Notes: generated by a model from the sequence alone, not told the origin. DNA of 32,000 nt from Methanopyrus kandleri AV19 (GCF_000007185.1 NC_003551.1:1050001-1082000), one strand, 5' to 3'. Positions 8,909 to 17,564 are shown, counted from the first letter of the stretch. Made by a program: numbers and translations.

Positions 8909-9742
8909 GTGCCCGACTTGCCGGAGCTCCCATCAGTGGAGGATCTGATGTCGCGAAACCCGGTTACAGTGGACGCCGACCAGTCCCTCAAGTTCGCCCT
9001 GAAGACCATGCGCAAGCGCAAGGTGAACAGACTACCCGTCACCGAGCGCGTGTCCGAGGACCGGAAGGAGCTTGTGGGCATACTCACGGTCCTCGACGCG
9101 GCCCTGGCCGTCGCCGATGCTATGTTCGGTGACCGTTCACCCTCGAGGATTAAGGTTTCGGAGGTCATGTCGTCACCCGTGATCACCATCTCACCCGGAG
9201 CCACCGTCCTCGACGCCGCCCAGACCATGCTGGTCCACGGTGTCTCCGGGCTCCCGGTGCTGGACGGTGACCGCCTCGTCGGGATGATCACGAAGACCGA
9301 CTTACTGGAGCTCGTGCGGTCCGAGGACTACGTGGCGCTTCACATGGTCAAGGATCCCATCACGGTGTCGGCCGGTACCAGCCTGCTTCACGCACGTCGA
9401 CTCATGTTCGAGGAGAACGCCAAGGTGCTTCCGGTCGTCGAGCGCGAGCGGCTGGTCGGGCTGCTGACGGACCGCACACTGGCACTCGAGCTTGCCAGAC
9501 TCCGCGAGAAGTCACCCAAGGGCAAGTTCCGATCCGCACTCAAGCGCGCACGCGTGGATGACGTGATGAGAACGCCGATCTCCGTACGGACCGACTACGG
9601 CCTGGTCGACGCCGCCGAGCTCATTGTCCGGAAACGGGTCCCCGGGGTCCCGGTGGTCAACTACCAGGACGAGGTCGTCGGCGTAATAACCAAAACCGAC
9701 CTCCTGCACTTACTGGTGGAAGAGCTGGAGGCGGCCGGCTAA
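8909..9742 (+). CDS. CBS-domain protein (four tandem CBS repeats, two Bateman modules)
   Basis: 277 aa with four repeats starting MSRNPVTVDADQSL, MSSPVITISPGATV, MVKDPITVSAGTSL and MRTPISVRTDYGL. Each is followed by a ...GLPV/LPVV...GIIT.TDLL pattern. Confidence 0.9.
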   Translation: MPDLPELPSVEDLMSRNPVTVDADQSLKFALKTMRKRKVNRLPVTERVSEDRKELVGILTVLDAALAVADAMFGDRSPSRIKVSEVMSSPVITISPGATVLDAAQTMLVHGVSGLPVLDGDRLVGMITKTDLLELVRSEDYVALHMVKDPITVSAGTSLLHARRLMFEENAKVLPVVERERLVGLLTDRTLALELARLREKSPKGKFRSALKRARVDDVMRTPISVRTDYGLVDAAELIVRKRVPGVPVVNYQDEVVGVITKTDLLHLLVEELEAAG

Positions 9743-9785
9743 TTCTTAACCTCCACCAACCGCCCGTCGGACGGGCTCACCCGGG

Positions 9786-11828
9786 ATGGCCGAGCTCGCC
9801 GTCGGCATCGACGTGGGCGGCACTTTCACTGACCTGGTGGAGTACGACGGGCGGGAGCTCCGTGTCCGGAAGGTTCCGTCGTCACCCCGGCGGCCCGAAC
9901 GGGGCTTCGCGGAAGCTCTTAAAATCGTCGAGACAGACCCGGATGTTGTCCTTCACGCCACGACCATAGGGACCAACGCGTTTCTGGGTCAGAAGGGGCT
10001 TGAACTGCCCGAAGTTGCTCTCGTGACGACACTCGGGTTCCGCGACGCGATCGAGATCGGACGGCAGGTTCGTCCCCAGACCTACTCGCTGTCACCCCGA
10101 AAACCCGAACCGCTCGTACCTCGACGGCTCAGGTTCGAGGTTAAGGAGCGTACCTCACCCGACGGTGAGATCATAGTACCGGTCGACGAGGACAAGCTCC
10201 GTCGTATCGCCCGCCGTATCGCGGTCGAGGACGTCGATGTGGTCGTCGTCGCTTTCCTCCACGCCTACGCTAACCCGGCCAACGAGTGCAAGGCGAAGGA
10301 GGTTCTGGAGGAGGAGCTCGGTGACGTCGAGGTAGTATGTTCGCACGAGGTATGCAACGAATACCGCGAGTATGAGCGGACTTCGACGGCCCTCGTCAAC
10401 GCGGTCTTACGACAGATCGTCACGGAGTACGTCGAGAGGACCTGGGACGCCGTCCGCGACGCCGGTGCCTCGGAGTACTACCTGATGCAGTCGGACGGAT
10501 ACGCCGTGCCGGCCGAGCTCACCCTTCACACCCCGGCCAAGCTCATCGAGTCGGGTCCCGCCGCCGGAGTCGTCGCGGCCCGATACCTGGGTGAAACGCT
10601 GGGTAGGGACCGCCTGGTCTCGTTCGACATGGGTGGAACGACGGCTAAGGCCGGTACGGTCGTCGAAGGCCGTTACGAGGTGACTAAGGAGTACGAGGTG
10701 GGCGGTGAGGTACACAGGGGTCGTAGGGTGCGCGGTTCGGGATACCCCGTTCTTCATCGCTTCATCGACCTGACGGAGTGTAGCGCCGGCGGTGGTACGA
10801 TACTCTGGACCGACGAGGCCGGCGCGCTCCGGGTGGGACCGCTGAGCGCCGGAGCCGATCCGGGTCCGGTTTGCTACGGGAAGGGAGGTACGGATCCGAC
10901 GATCACCGACGCCAACGTCGTCTTGGGACGCCTCAACCGACGTGCCCTCCTCGGCGGCGAAATGCCCATCGACGCCGAGGCCGCCGATCGTGCGCTCTCG
11001 GAGCTCGCGGACGAGCTCGGACTCGAGCCGGAGGAAGCCGCGTACCAGGCCCTGCGCCTCGCCGTCGAGGAGATGGCCCGGATCGTGCGTATAGTCACGG
11101 TGGAGCGCGGCCACGATCCCCGCGAGTTCTCGCTGGTCGCTTTCGGTGGTGCGGGACCCTTACACGCGGCGGAGCTGGCCGAGATCTTGGAGGTCGAGGA
11201 GGTGATAGTTCCCCTCCATCCCGGCGTGTTCTCGGCGTACGGGCTCCTAGCGGCCGAGGTCGCCTGGGAACACGTCACCCCGGTCATGAGGACGCTCGAG
11301 GAGCTCGACGATGAGGAGCTGCGCGCGGTCGTGAGAGGTACCGCGGAGAAGGCGGCGGAGCGCCTGCCGAGGGAACCGGACGACGTCCGGATCGTCGTGG
11401 AAGCGAGGTACCGCGGGCAGGCGCATGAGCTCGAGGTTCAGACGGGGCCGGACGTGACGGCGGACGAGCTCGAGGAGGCTTTCCACGAGCGGCACCGCGC
11501 CGTTCACGGGTTCCAACTTAATGCCCCGGTGGAAATCGTCAACGTCCGCGCCCTCGCGGTGATCGAGCGGAAGCCACCCGAACCGAGCCCGCTCAAGGAG
11601 GGTGGAGAAGGGAACCCCAAGCGTGCGCTCGTCGAGACCCGGGAGGTGTACTTCAGGGAGGAGGGTTACCTGGAAACTCCCGTGTTCGATAGGGACGCCT
11701 TGAGGGCCGACGACATCGTCGAGGGACCGGCGGTCATCGAGCAGTACGACTCGACCACCCTCGTACCGCCCGGCTGGAGGGCACGCGTTCACAGGTCGGG
11801 TGCTATCCTGCTCCACCGGATCGAGTGA
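9786..11828 (+). CDS. Hydantoinase A / oxoprolinase / acetone-carboxylase-beta family protein (HyuA-like, ASKHA fold)
   Basis: 680 aa. N-terminal AVGIDVGGTFTD and a second phosphate motif SFDMGGTTAK. Length and architecture are typical of HyuA. Confidence 0.85.
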   Translation: MAELAVGIDVGGTFTDLVEYDGRELRVRKVPSSPRRPERGFAEALKIVETDPDVVLHATTIGTNAFLGQKGLELPEVALVTTLGFRDAIEIGRQVRPQTYSLSPRKPEPLVPRRLRFEVKERTSPDGEIIVPVDEDKLRRIARRIAVEDVDVVVVAFLHAYANPANECKAKEVLEEELGDVEVVCSHEVCNEYREYERTSTALVNAVLRQIVTEYVERTWDAVRDAGASEYYLMQSDGYAVPAELTLHTPAKLIESGPAAGVVAARYLGETLGRDRLVSFDMGGTTAKAGTVVEGRYEVTKEYEVGGEVHRGRRVRGSGYPVLHRFIDLTECSAGGGTILWTDEAGALRVGPLSAGADPGPVCYGKGGTDPTITDANVVLGRLNRRALLGGEMPIDAEAADRALSELADELGLEPEEAAYQALRLAVEEMARIVRIVTVERGHDPREFSLVAFGGAGPLHAAELAEILEVEEVIVPLHPGVFSAYGLLAAEVAWEHVTPVMRTLEELDDEELRAVVRGTAEKAAERLPREPDDVRIVVEARYRGQAHELEVQTGPDVTADELEEAFHERHRAVHGFQLNAPVEIVNVRALAVIERKPPEPSPLKEGGEGNPKRALVETREVYFREEGYLETPVFDRDALRADDIVEGPAVIEQYDSTTLVPPGWRARVHRSGAILLHRIE

Positions 11829-11830
11829 GG

Positions 11831-11934
11831 CGGGAACACTCCGGACGTGTCCTCGTGCCTGCTCGTTCCCGAGGACACAACCATCGGATGTGGCGGAGCC
11901 TTGGTGGGTCCGTTCCCGCATTGCTGACGGGAAC
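11831..11934. repeat. Cluster of inverted repeats sharing the 7-mer CGGGAAC/GTTCCCG, plus a 9-bp stem-loop, just 3' of the HyuA-like gene
   Basis: CGGGAAC at 11831-11837 and 11928-11934; GTTCCCG at 11865-11871 and 11912-11918. A perfect 9-bp inverted repeat GTGTCCTCG (11847-11855) / CGAGGACAC (11870-11878) has a 14-nt loop. Confidence 0.6.
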
Positions 11935-12012
11935 CGCCTCGGTGATAATCCCCGTCGGACTGGGAATCTTGGGGACCGTGTGTTGGCGGGGAAGGCGGAG
12001 ATCCTAGGTGAG

Positions 12013-12237
12013 GTGGTGCTGTGCGTGATCTACGGCTACAGGGTGGCCGGTGCGGTATCGGAGATCAGCGGGTCTCTATCCTCGCGCTGGTATGGACACG
12101 CGCGGTCCACGGAGGACTTGGCGGTGAGGACCGTGGAGGAACTCGGGAGGTCGCTCGGCTGGGATCCGGAGGAGGTGCGACGATGGCAGGCGATCGTGCG
12201 GACCATCGGTGACCTCGCGAGGAGGGGCCTTCTCTGA
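12013..12237 (+). CDS. Small hypothetical protein (~74 aa)
   Basis: This is the 3' part of track ORF 11800..12237. GTG at 12013/12016 lies within an AGGTGAGGTG SD-like context. The product VVLCVIYGYRVAGAVSEISG...WDPEEVRRWQAIVRTIGDLARRGLL has protein-like composition, unlike the upstream part of the ORF. No family recognised. Confidence 0.3.
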   Translation: MVLCVIYGYRVAGAVSEISGSLSSRWYGHARSTEDLAVRTVEELGRSLGWDPEEVRRWQAIVRTIGDLARRGLL

Positions 12238-12278
12238 GCCCCCGGGATATTGTTACAGTTTCCGTAACGATTCTGGGT

Positions 12279-12375
12279 TGGAGCCGCGGCCGGGATTTGA
12301 ACCCGGGTAACGGGATATCCGCCGGGACCGTGCCCGGCTGCAGTCCCGCGCCCAGCCAGGCTAGGCTGCCGCGGC
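12279..12375 (-). tRNA. tRNA-Cys (GCA) with 21-nt canonical-position intron and genomically encoded CCA
   Basis: Minus strand reads GCCGCGG-C-A-GCCT-AGCCTGGCT-GGGC-G-CGGGA-CTGCAG-[CCGGGCACGGTCCCGGCGGAT]-A-TCCCG-TTAC-CCGGG-TTCAAAT-CCCGG-CCGCGGC-T-CCA. The acceptor stem is a perfect 7 bp, the T-loop is TTCAAAT, and G18G19 are present. Anticodon GCA is at 12341-12339. The U73 discriminator is the known tRNA-Cys identity element. Confidence 0.9.
12317..12337 (-). other. tRNA intron between positions 37 and 38
   Basis: A 21-nt insert interrupts the anticodon loop/stem. It contains its own CCGGG/CCCGG hairpin. Removing it restores the CGGGA/TCCCG anticodon stem and a 76-nt tRNA. Confidence 0.8.
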
Positions 12376-12410
12376 GATCGCCCGGGCCGTGAGGCCTGCT
12401 CCCCTACCAG

Positions 12411-12420
12411 TTTTTAAGCC
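12411..12420 (-). promoter_or_regulatory. Candidate TATA box (GGCTTAAAAA on minus strand) for tRNA-Cys
   Basis: AT-rich box ~40 nt upstream of the tRNA 5' end, in an otherwise GC-rich spacer. Confidence 0.45.
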
Positions 12421-12426
12421 TTACCC

Positions 12427-13950
12427 TCAGGACGGCGGCTCGACGCCGGGGGTCCTGTACAGGTACACCTCGGCCCACTGACCCACGCGAACGCCCCCGC
12501 GTACGATCTCGAAGGCGCGGACCCTGACTTCGTCGGGCTCGAAGCCGGCGGCCTCGATGGCGAGCTCGACCAATTCTTCGCGACTGTACACGCGGCCCCG
12601 ATCGACTTCGAACCTCTCTCCGGCGGGAGCGACGTGTCCGTACCCGCGCTCGGTGTGTACGTAGACTACGGCTTCACGGGCGTGACGGGCGACGGCGCAG
12701 CCGACGGCGTTGCAGACGTCGTGATGGGGAACCACCTCACCGACGCCGGTTAGCTCGCGGAGGGCGGGCGCGAGGGCACCGGCCCAGAGGACGCTGTCGT
12801 GCGTCTCGAACCTCCGAAGCAGCTCCCGACGAATGGTTTCGAGGGTTTCCTCGGCCACCTCATGGGGATCGCCGAGCTCGCGGAGGACGCGACGAGACTT
12901 GGATGGATCGCCGTCGGGCTCCGGATCGTGGTATCCGGCGACTACCAGGGCGTCGGTCAGGGTGGGCTCGGAACCGCCGTAGCAGGCCGGTGTGGCGGTG
13001 TCGTTGGTGATTCCCTCACCGGTGAGGACGGCGTTGCCGCCGTACGGGAGGGAGCGGACGATGGCGGCTCGAACGGCGGTCGGATACCCGAAAAGCTCGG
13101 CCCCCTCCTCGGTGACCGGGCGCCCGCCGCGGGCCTCTGTGAGATCGATGGTAGCGCCCCCTACGTCGGCGAGGAGGAAGTCATCGCGGCCGGTGAGGTA
13201 AGCCGCACCTAGGACGCCGGCGGCGGGTCCGGAGTGAAGGACGTTGACAGGGACGCGGAGGGCCTCCTCAGGAGTCTGGAGTCCTCCGTCGCCCCGAAGC
13301 ACGCCGTCGACGCGACCGAGGGCCTCGAGGAAGCGACGGGTGACCCGTTTGACGCGGGCGCCGAGTACAGCAGTGGCGACACGGCGTGGGAAGTTGCCGT
13401 AAGGTAGGTGGTAGCCGGGGACCGCCTCGACGTAGGTCTCTCGGTGGGCTTCGATGATCTTCCGCTCCGGATCCGCGTTACGATGGGAGTGCTTCGCGAC
13501 GACGGCCAAGGCGTGATCCTCTCCGGAAGGCTCCACCGCGTCGGGGTCCGGTTCCTCGACGATGTCACCTCGATGGTCGACGTAACCGGGGAGAACGTCG
13601 GCGCGGTCGGCTAGGTCGAGGAGGGGCTCGGGGTCCAAGCCGGGACCAGGGATAAGGACGAGGTGGACGGGGTCGGTGCGACCGCGTGTAAGGGCGTTGA
13701 TCGGGAGGGTGGTGCTGACACGTCGCTCGTCGGCGTCGAGCGCGCGGAGGGCGCGACGGGTGGGTTCGAGGAGCTTACCGTCGCGCGGTACCTTGACGCG
13801 ATCCTCGACCTCTCCGTCCTCGAGGACGACGGCGTCGACGTGGGTGCTGCCGGTGTCGAGACCGAGGACGCGCATGTTCGGTCCCCCGGTGACGTCGGGA
13901 GTCTCGGTGCGGGGCTGAGCGGGGTGCGTCGGGGGCCGAGGACTAATCAT
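12427..13950 (-). CDS. Hydantoinase/oxoprolinase-family ASKHA ATPase-like protein (second, shorter HyuA paralog)
   Basis: 507-aa ORF with MRVLGLDTGSTHVDAVVL and LADVGGATIDL phosphate-binding motifs. The probable true start is the internal ATG at 13875 (MRVLGLD...), since the 25-aa extension is Pro/Thr-rich. Confidence 0.7.
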   Translation of the reverse strand: MISPRPPTHPAQPRTETPDVTGGPNMRVLGLDTGSTHVDAVVLEDGEVEDRVKVPRDGKLLEPTRRALRALDADERRVSTTLPINALTRGRTDPVHLVLIPGPGLDPEPLLDLADRADVLPGYVDHRGDIVEEPDPDAVEPSGEDHALAVVAKHSHRNADPERKIIEAHRETYVEAVPGYHLPYGNFPRRVATAVLGARVKRVTRRFLEALGRVDGVLRGDGGLQTPEEALRVPVNVLHSGPAAGVLGAAYLTGRDDFLLADVGGATIDLTEARGGRPVTEEGAELFGYPTAVRAAIVRSLPYGGNAVLTGEGITNDTATPACYGGSEPTLTDALVVAGYHDPEPDGDPSKSRRVLRELGDPHEVAEETLETIRRELLRRFETHDSVLWAGALAPALRELTGVGEVVPHHDVCNAVGCAVARHAREAVVYVHTERGYGHVAPAGERFEVDRGRVYSREELVELAIEAAGFEPDEVRVRAFEIVRGGVRVGQWAEVYLYRTPGVEPPS

Positions 13951-14527
13951 CGACGATCCGGAGCTGGAACTCCTCCCTGACCGTGCCGTAAGGACCCTCG
14001 TAGCGGACTACCAGTCGGTACTTGCCCGATTCCTCCGGTGTGTAGAATTCGAACTCCACCCAATCGCCGACCCAAACCTCAGGCTCGCTCAGGTCGATAC
14101 GACCGAGCTCGGAGTTTCCGGCACCGTTCAGACGAAACTCTAGGGTACCCTCCCACAGAGGGCCGCCGCCGCGAAGAGTGAGTAAATAAGGCCGGACGAA
14201 CACTATCGCCGAGGAGCCGGCCGGGGCCGATACCGGGGCGAAGATCTCGAGCGTCAGCGCTACTCCGCGGACCCGGGAGATGACGACGGTCGGAACGTAC
14301 TTAAGACCCAATCGAGCCATCGACCTCTCCCACTCCAGCCGCGCGTCCTCCTCGGGATCGATGGGGGTCAATCCCCGGCCCCCTTCGACCCGTCCGGGCG
14401 ACGGCGCTGGCCCTTGGGCCCCGCCCTGTTTCTCCACGAAAAAGCCTTGCGGACGGTTAGGGTAACCACCGTCCGCTGTCTTCGGCGTACGGGGGCCGTA
14501 CGATGGATCGCACGGCGGTTCGCTCAC
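13943..14527 (-). CDS. Hypothetical protein with beta-rich C-terminal domain
   Basis: 194-aa ORF. The N-terminal 69 aa are low-complexity Gly/Pro-rich. An alternative start at ATG 14320 (MARLGLKYVPTVVISRV...) has a GAGAGGT SD-like motif. No family recognised. Confidence 0.5.
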   Translation of the reverse strand: MSEPPCDPSYGPRTPKTADGGYPNRPQGFFVEKQGGAQGPAPSPGRVEGGRGLTPIDPEEDARLEWERSMARLGLKYVPTVVISRVRGVALTLEIFAPVSAPAGSSAIVFVRPYLLTLRGGGPLWEGTLEFRLNGAGNSELGRIDLSEPEVWVGDWVEFEFYTPEESGKYRLVVRYEGPYGTVREEFQLRIVDD

Positions 14528-14770
14528 AGTAACGGTCGTGCCCGCACGACGTCGCGAGGGTTCGAGGAACCCGCTCGACCGACGGTGGACTCCAATCCGT
14601 GGTTACAAACCGTGTCGTTTCGGACTGTTTGTTTGATTCAGTGACGCGACACCGATGCAACGATGCCGCCGGAGTACTGAACACTCGTCCGCGTAGCTTC
14701 CGAGGCCATGGTAGGCACGGCGGGCGAGGTACGTGCGAGAGAATTCAGTACGTGCCGTGGATGTGGCCCA

Positions 14771-15700
14771 TCACAACCCCTCGACGAGGACGGCGAGTTG
14801 GCCTAAAAGCAGCGATCTGATCGCCTTCGGTACGAGAGCTTCCGTCATCCGCGCGGACTTCCTCATGGCGTCTTCTACGGTATCGCGGTCTACACTCCAG
14901 CCGTCCGAAGCCAGCCGTGTCCCGACTTCGAGTATCGAGATCCAGAAGGCCGCCGCGAGCTCCGATGGTCCGTTGCGCAGCGCGCTGCGTACCCGAAGCT
15001 GCTTCCAGTACCGCTTCACGGAGTCCATCCACCACTCCAGTGTTTCCCCCTGGGGTGCCTCCAGTCTAATGGCTCCTAACCCCTCTACGGCTCTCTCACC
15101 GAGCACCTCCGCTACGGCGGTGAGCACCGGATCGACCACGTACCTCCGACCGTCCACGATCAAGTCCAGATCGGAGAAGTCCGCGACGTCCTCCGGACGT
15201 ACCTCGGCGGCGCTCACGACTCGGAAATCGGTCGGGTGAAGTCCTGTGTCGATTCTCGGGATTGGGAGGGTCAGTCCCGTCACGTCTAGGTTGAGCGCCT
15301 CGGGTGCGTGCCTCTCGAACTCCTCGGGCGGACCGTGACGCGCGTCCCACGTGGCTATGAACATCAGCCCACGGTTCAAAGCGTCCCCGGCTCGGTCCAA
15401 GATGCGACGGGCGGCGTCCGGACCCGCGTCGTGGACGTCGTGGATCGATATCCCGGACTCCGGGTCGCCCACGCCCCGGTAGACCAGCAGGTCGTCGGAG
15501 AAAAACACGTGGGCACCCACGTTAACGTCACAGAGCAACTCAGTGGTAGCCACCATCAGGCAGCGACTGGAGCGGATGATTTCGCAGTTCTTCCCGCGGC
15601 AGCTCTCACAAGGTAGGTGCTCGACGAAGACCGGCGCGAAACCTCGGGCTGCGGCTAAAACCGCCACCATCGCGGCGTAGCTGAACTCCATATGCGGCAT
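14771..15700 (-). CDS. Hypothetical protein with N-terminal Cys cluster
   Basis: Track ORF runs 14771..15988, but the first 96 codons are an Arg/Pro/Gly-rich shadow. ATG 15700 (or 15691) follows a GGGGAGG SD, giving M(PHM)EFSYAAMVAVLAAARGF...LPCESCRGKNCEIIRSSRC... with acidic, genome-typical composition. No family recognised. Confidence 0.6.
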   Translation of the reverse strand: MPHMEFSYAAMVAVLAAARGFAPVFVEHLPCESCRGKNCEIIRSSRCLMVATTELLCDVNVGAHVFFSDDLLVYRGVGDPESGISIHDVHDAGPDAARRILDRAGDALNRGLMFIATWDARHGPPEEFERHAPEALNLDVTGLTLPIPRIDTGLHPTDFRVVSAAEVRPEDVADFSDLDLIVDGRRYVVDPVLTAVAEVLGERAVEGLGAIRLEAPQGETLEWWMDSVKRYWKQLRVRSALRNGPSELAAAFWISILEVGTRLASDGWSVDRDTVEDAMRKSARMTEALVPKAIRSLLLGQLAVLVEGL

Positions 15701-16238
15701 CCTCCCCTGACCGCACGGTGCGAGCCGGGGCTTCGACTGACCGTGGCTTGGGTAGATTTGTCCGAGCGTTCGGTAGCACGGTCCCCGTGCGTCGTGTTCC
15801 GCTCGACCGGGTCGGGATAGGGGGACCGTCTCCCTGGTTCCGAACCCTCGACGGCACCGAACGAGCCCGACGGACACTGCTAGGACGCGGGATGGGAAGT
15901 GTACCGGGGCGTCGGAGGTCGAAGCGGGAGTTGGTTCGTGGTCCCCGGCCGTAATCGGGTACGCGCGCCACTCGCCGCGCCTCGGCAATAAGGGACGTCG
16001 TCACCCGTCGGTAAGCCGGCCTGTCGTCATCGGAGCGTGCTTCCGTGGAAGTTACGGGACGACTCCGGAAGTTCGGCGACGCGCGCGGACGCGGTAATCG
16101 TCATCATTCCACGATTACGTCGGCACCCGATGACTTTTCGATGCGGGCGCGGCGCACGGGAGCCGGGCCGATTCACACGAAAGGTTTAGGCGGCGTGAGC
16201 CGTCCGGGCGGCCGTACCGTCGGTGAGACGGCCGTACA

Positions 16239-17360
16239 TCAGCCAATCATCCGCCGGAGTGTCTCAACCGATGACTCTACTTCCACCCCTCCACCGACCG
16301 GGAGTTCCACACCACCCAACGCCGAGGCCCGCTCGATGACCTCGTCCGCGTGTTCCACTCCGATGAGGTTCTGAATCCTCTTGATCCTCGAGTACAAGCT
16401 CTCCTGGGCGCCCTTCTCTTCCCACAGGGGGTCGTACTCCTTCGGCTCTATCTCGATCCATCCTACCCTCACCGTCGCTCCCGAGTTCAGGATGTTCTCC
16501 GCGAGCTCCGTCGGCTGTGACAGAAGCTGTATCAGCTCCGCGGCCCTCTCCACGGTGTCCACGAGTATGTCCGATATCCATCTTTCCACCCGCTCGTCCT
16601 CGATTTCCAGAGCTGCGATGGCCTCCTCCAGGTATCCGTTGAGGAGCTCCAGTTCCTCCACGGGACCGAGCTCGACGTTCTCCAGAGGCTCGGCCAGCTC
16701 TTCGAGTGGGGGAAGCCTGTTCGCGCACGTATGACAGAGGAGTGTGAAGATCGTCCAAACCCGGGCCGGTGATGCGAACTTCGGGACGATGTCTCCGTAT
16801 TGAATCTCCAGCGACGGGAGCGCCTCGACGATGCACTGGTCCGTGTCTACCGCCTTGGCCACGAGCTCGGCGGCCTTCCCGAGGTCCTCGTCCTCTAAGA
16901 ACCCTTCCGTACACGCCATGAGCGCGACTTCTACCAGCAACGGACCCGCTACGGTCTCTAGGCAGGGTTCTTCGAGGTACTTGGGTACCGCCGATAGGAA
17001 GGCACGACGTATCTCCAGTAGGTACCCGAGTGCGACGTCTGGTGTTTCGGTAACTTCTTCGAGGGCCACGCGAAGCTCGAACACACCGCTCAACGACCAT
17101 CGGGTGATTCGCTCCACGGCATCGACCAGTGTAGCAGGATCATCCAAAACCTCTTCCAAAAGGAACCGAACCGGATGAACGTGATGGATCTCCTCCCCTC
17201 GAAGTGCGCGGACGAGCGGTTTATCCGGGTCAAGCGTCGAAATCATCGCGCGCCGAAAGAGTTCGAAGTTCTCGAGCACCTCACAAGGTTCCGATACCGC
17301 GGCGTGTAACTTCTCCAGCACCGACGGTTTCGGACGGACCGGGACCTCCCACCACTTCAA
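16239..17360 (-). CDS. Acidic helical protein of unknown function, paralog A of a tandem pair
   Basis: 373 aa with a TTG start. Collinear with 18430..19566 over the full length through shared blocks LEKLH, PCE.L..FE.FRR, HP.RFLLE, VEVALMAC, RVW.IF.LLCHTCANR and EYDP.WE. A 24-nt identical DNA stretch occurs at 16912-16935 and 19121-19144. Confidence 0.8.
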   Translation of the reverse strand: MKWWEVPVRPKPSVLEKLHAAVSEPCEVLENFELFRRAMISTLDPDKPLVRALRGEEIHHVHPVRFLLEEVLDDPATLVDAVERITRWSLSGVFELRVALEEVTETPDVALGYLLEIRRAFLSAVPKYLEEPCLETVAGPLLVEVALMACTEGFLEDEDLGKAAELVAKAVDTDQCIVEALPSLEIQYGDIVPKFASPARVWTIFTLLCHTCANRLPPLEELAEPLENVELGPVEELELLNGYLEEAIAALEIEDERVERWISDILVDTVERAAELIQLLSQPTELAENILNSGATVRVGWIEIEPKEYDPLWEEKGAQESLYSRIKRIQNLIGVEHADEVIERASALGGVELPVGGGVEVESSVETLRRMIG

Positions 17361-17564
17361 CCGACACTCCCCGGTACTCCGGTCGACGTATTACAATGTT
17401 AAGTTTGCAGGAATGTTCAGTCAGGTGGTCGCAGTCTTAAGAGAGATATAGAGATATTATGTGTGGGGGCGCTGAGAGAGTGCGAACACTCGGCCGGCGA
17501 AGTCAGCTTCAGGGGGCGCCTCCTCATCCCTTCGGCGTCGGGGACGTTCTTCATCCGTGGAGAG

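Noticed and set aside
8647-9291. 214-aa minus-strand ORF overlapping albA and the CBS gene. Similar long antisense ORFs occur at 7607..8236, 10407..11114, 11247..11921, 23308..24000, 26054..26788 and 29095..29949.
   Set aside because: All lie opposite genes with clear family signatures. They have Arg/Ser/Pro/Gly-dominated composition unlike the acidic proteome, so they are GC-driven open shadow frames.
11800-12012. 5' two thirds of the 145-aa ORF 11800..12237
   Set aside because: It overlaps the HyuA-like 3' end and the inverted-repeat region and has Arg/Ser/Cys-rich composition. Only the 3' part from GTG 12013 looks protein-like, and even that is low confidence.
15701-15988. 96-codon N-terminal extension of ORF 14771..15988
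   Set aside because: The extension is Arg/Pro/Gly-rich. Composition changes abruptly at ATG 15700, which has a GGGGAGG SD, so the extension is treated as noncoding.
16101-16107. C-box-like ATGATGA on the minus strand (and GTGATGA at 19958-19964), suggesting C/D-box sRNAs
   Set aside because: There is no CTGA D box at the expected 40-60 nt spacing for the first. The second has a CTGA only 71 nt away, with no terminal stem and no recognisable C'/D' boxes.
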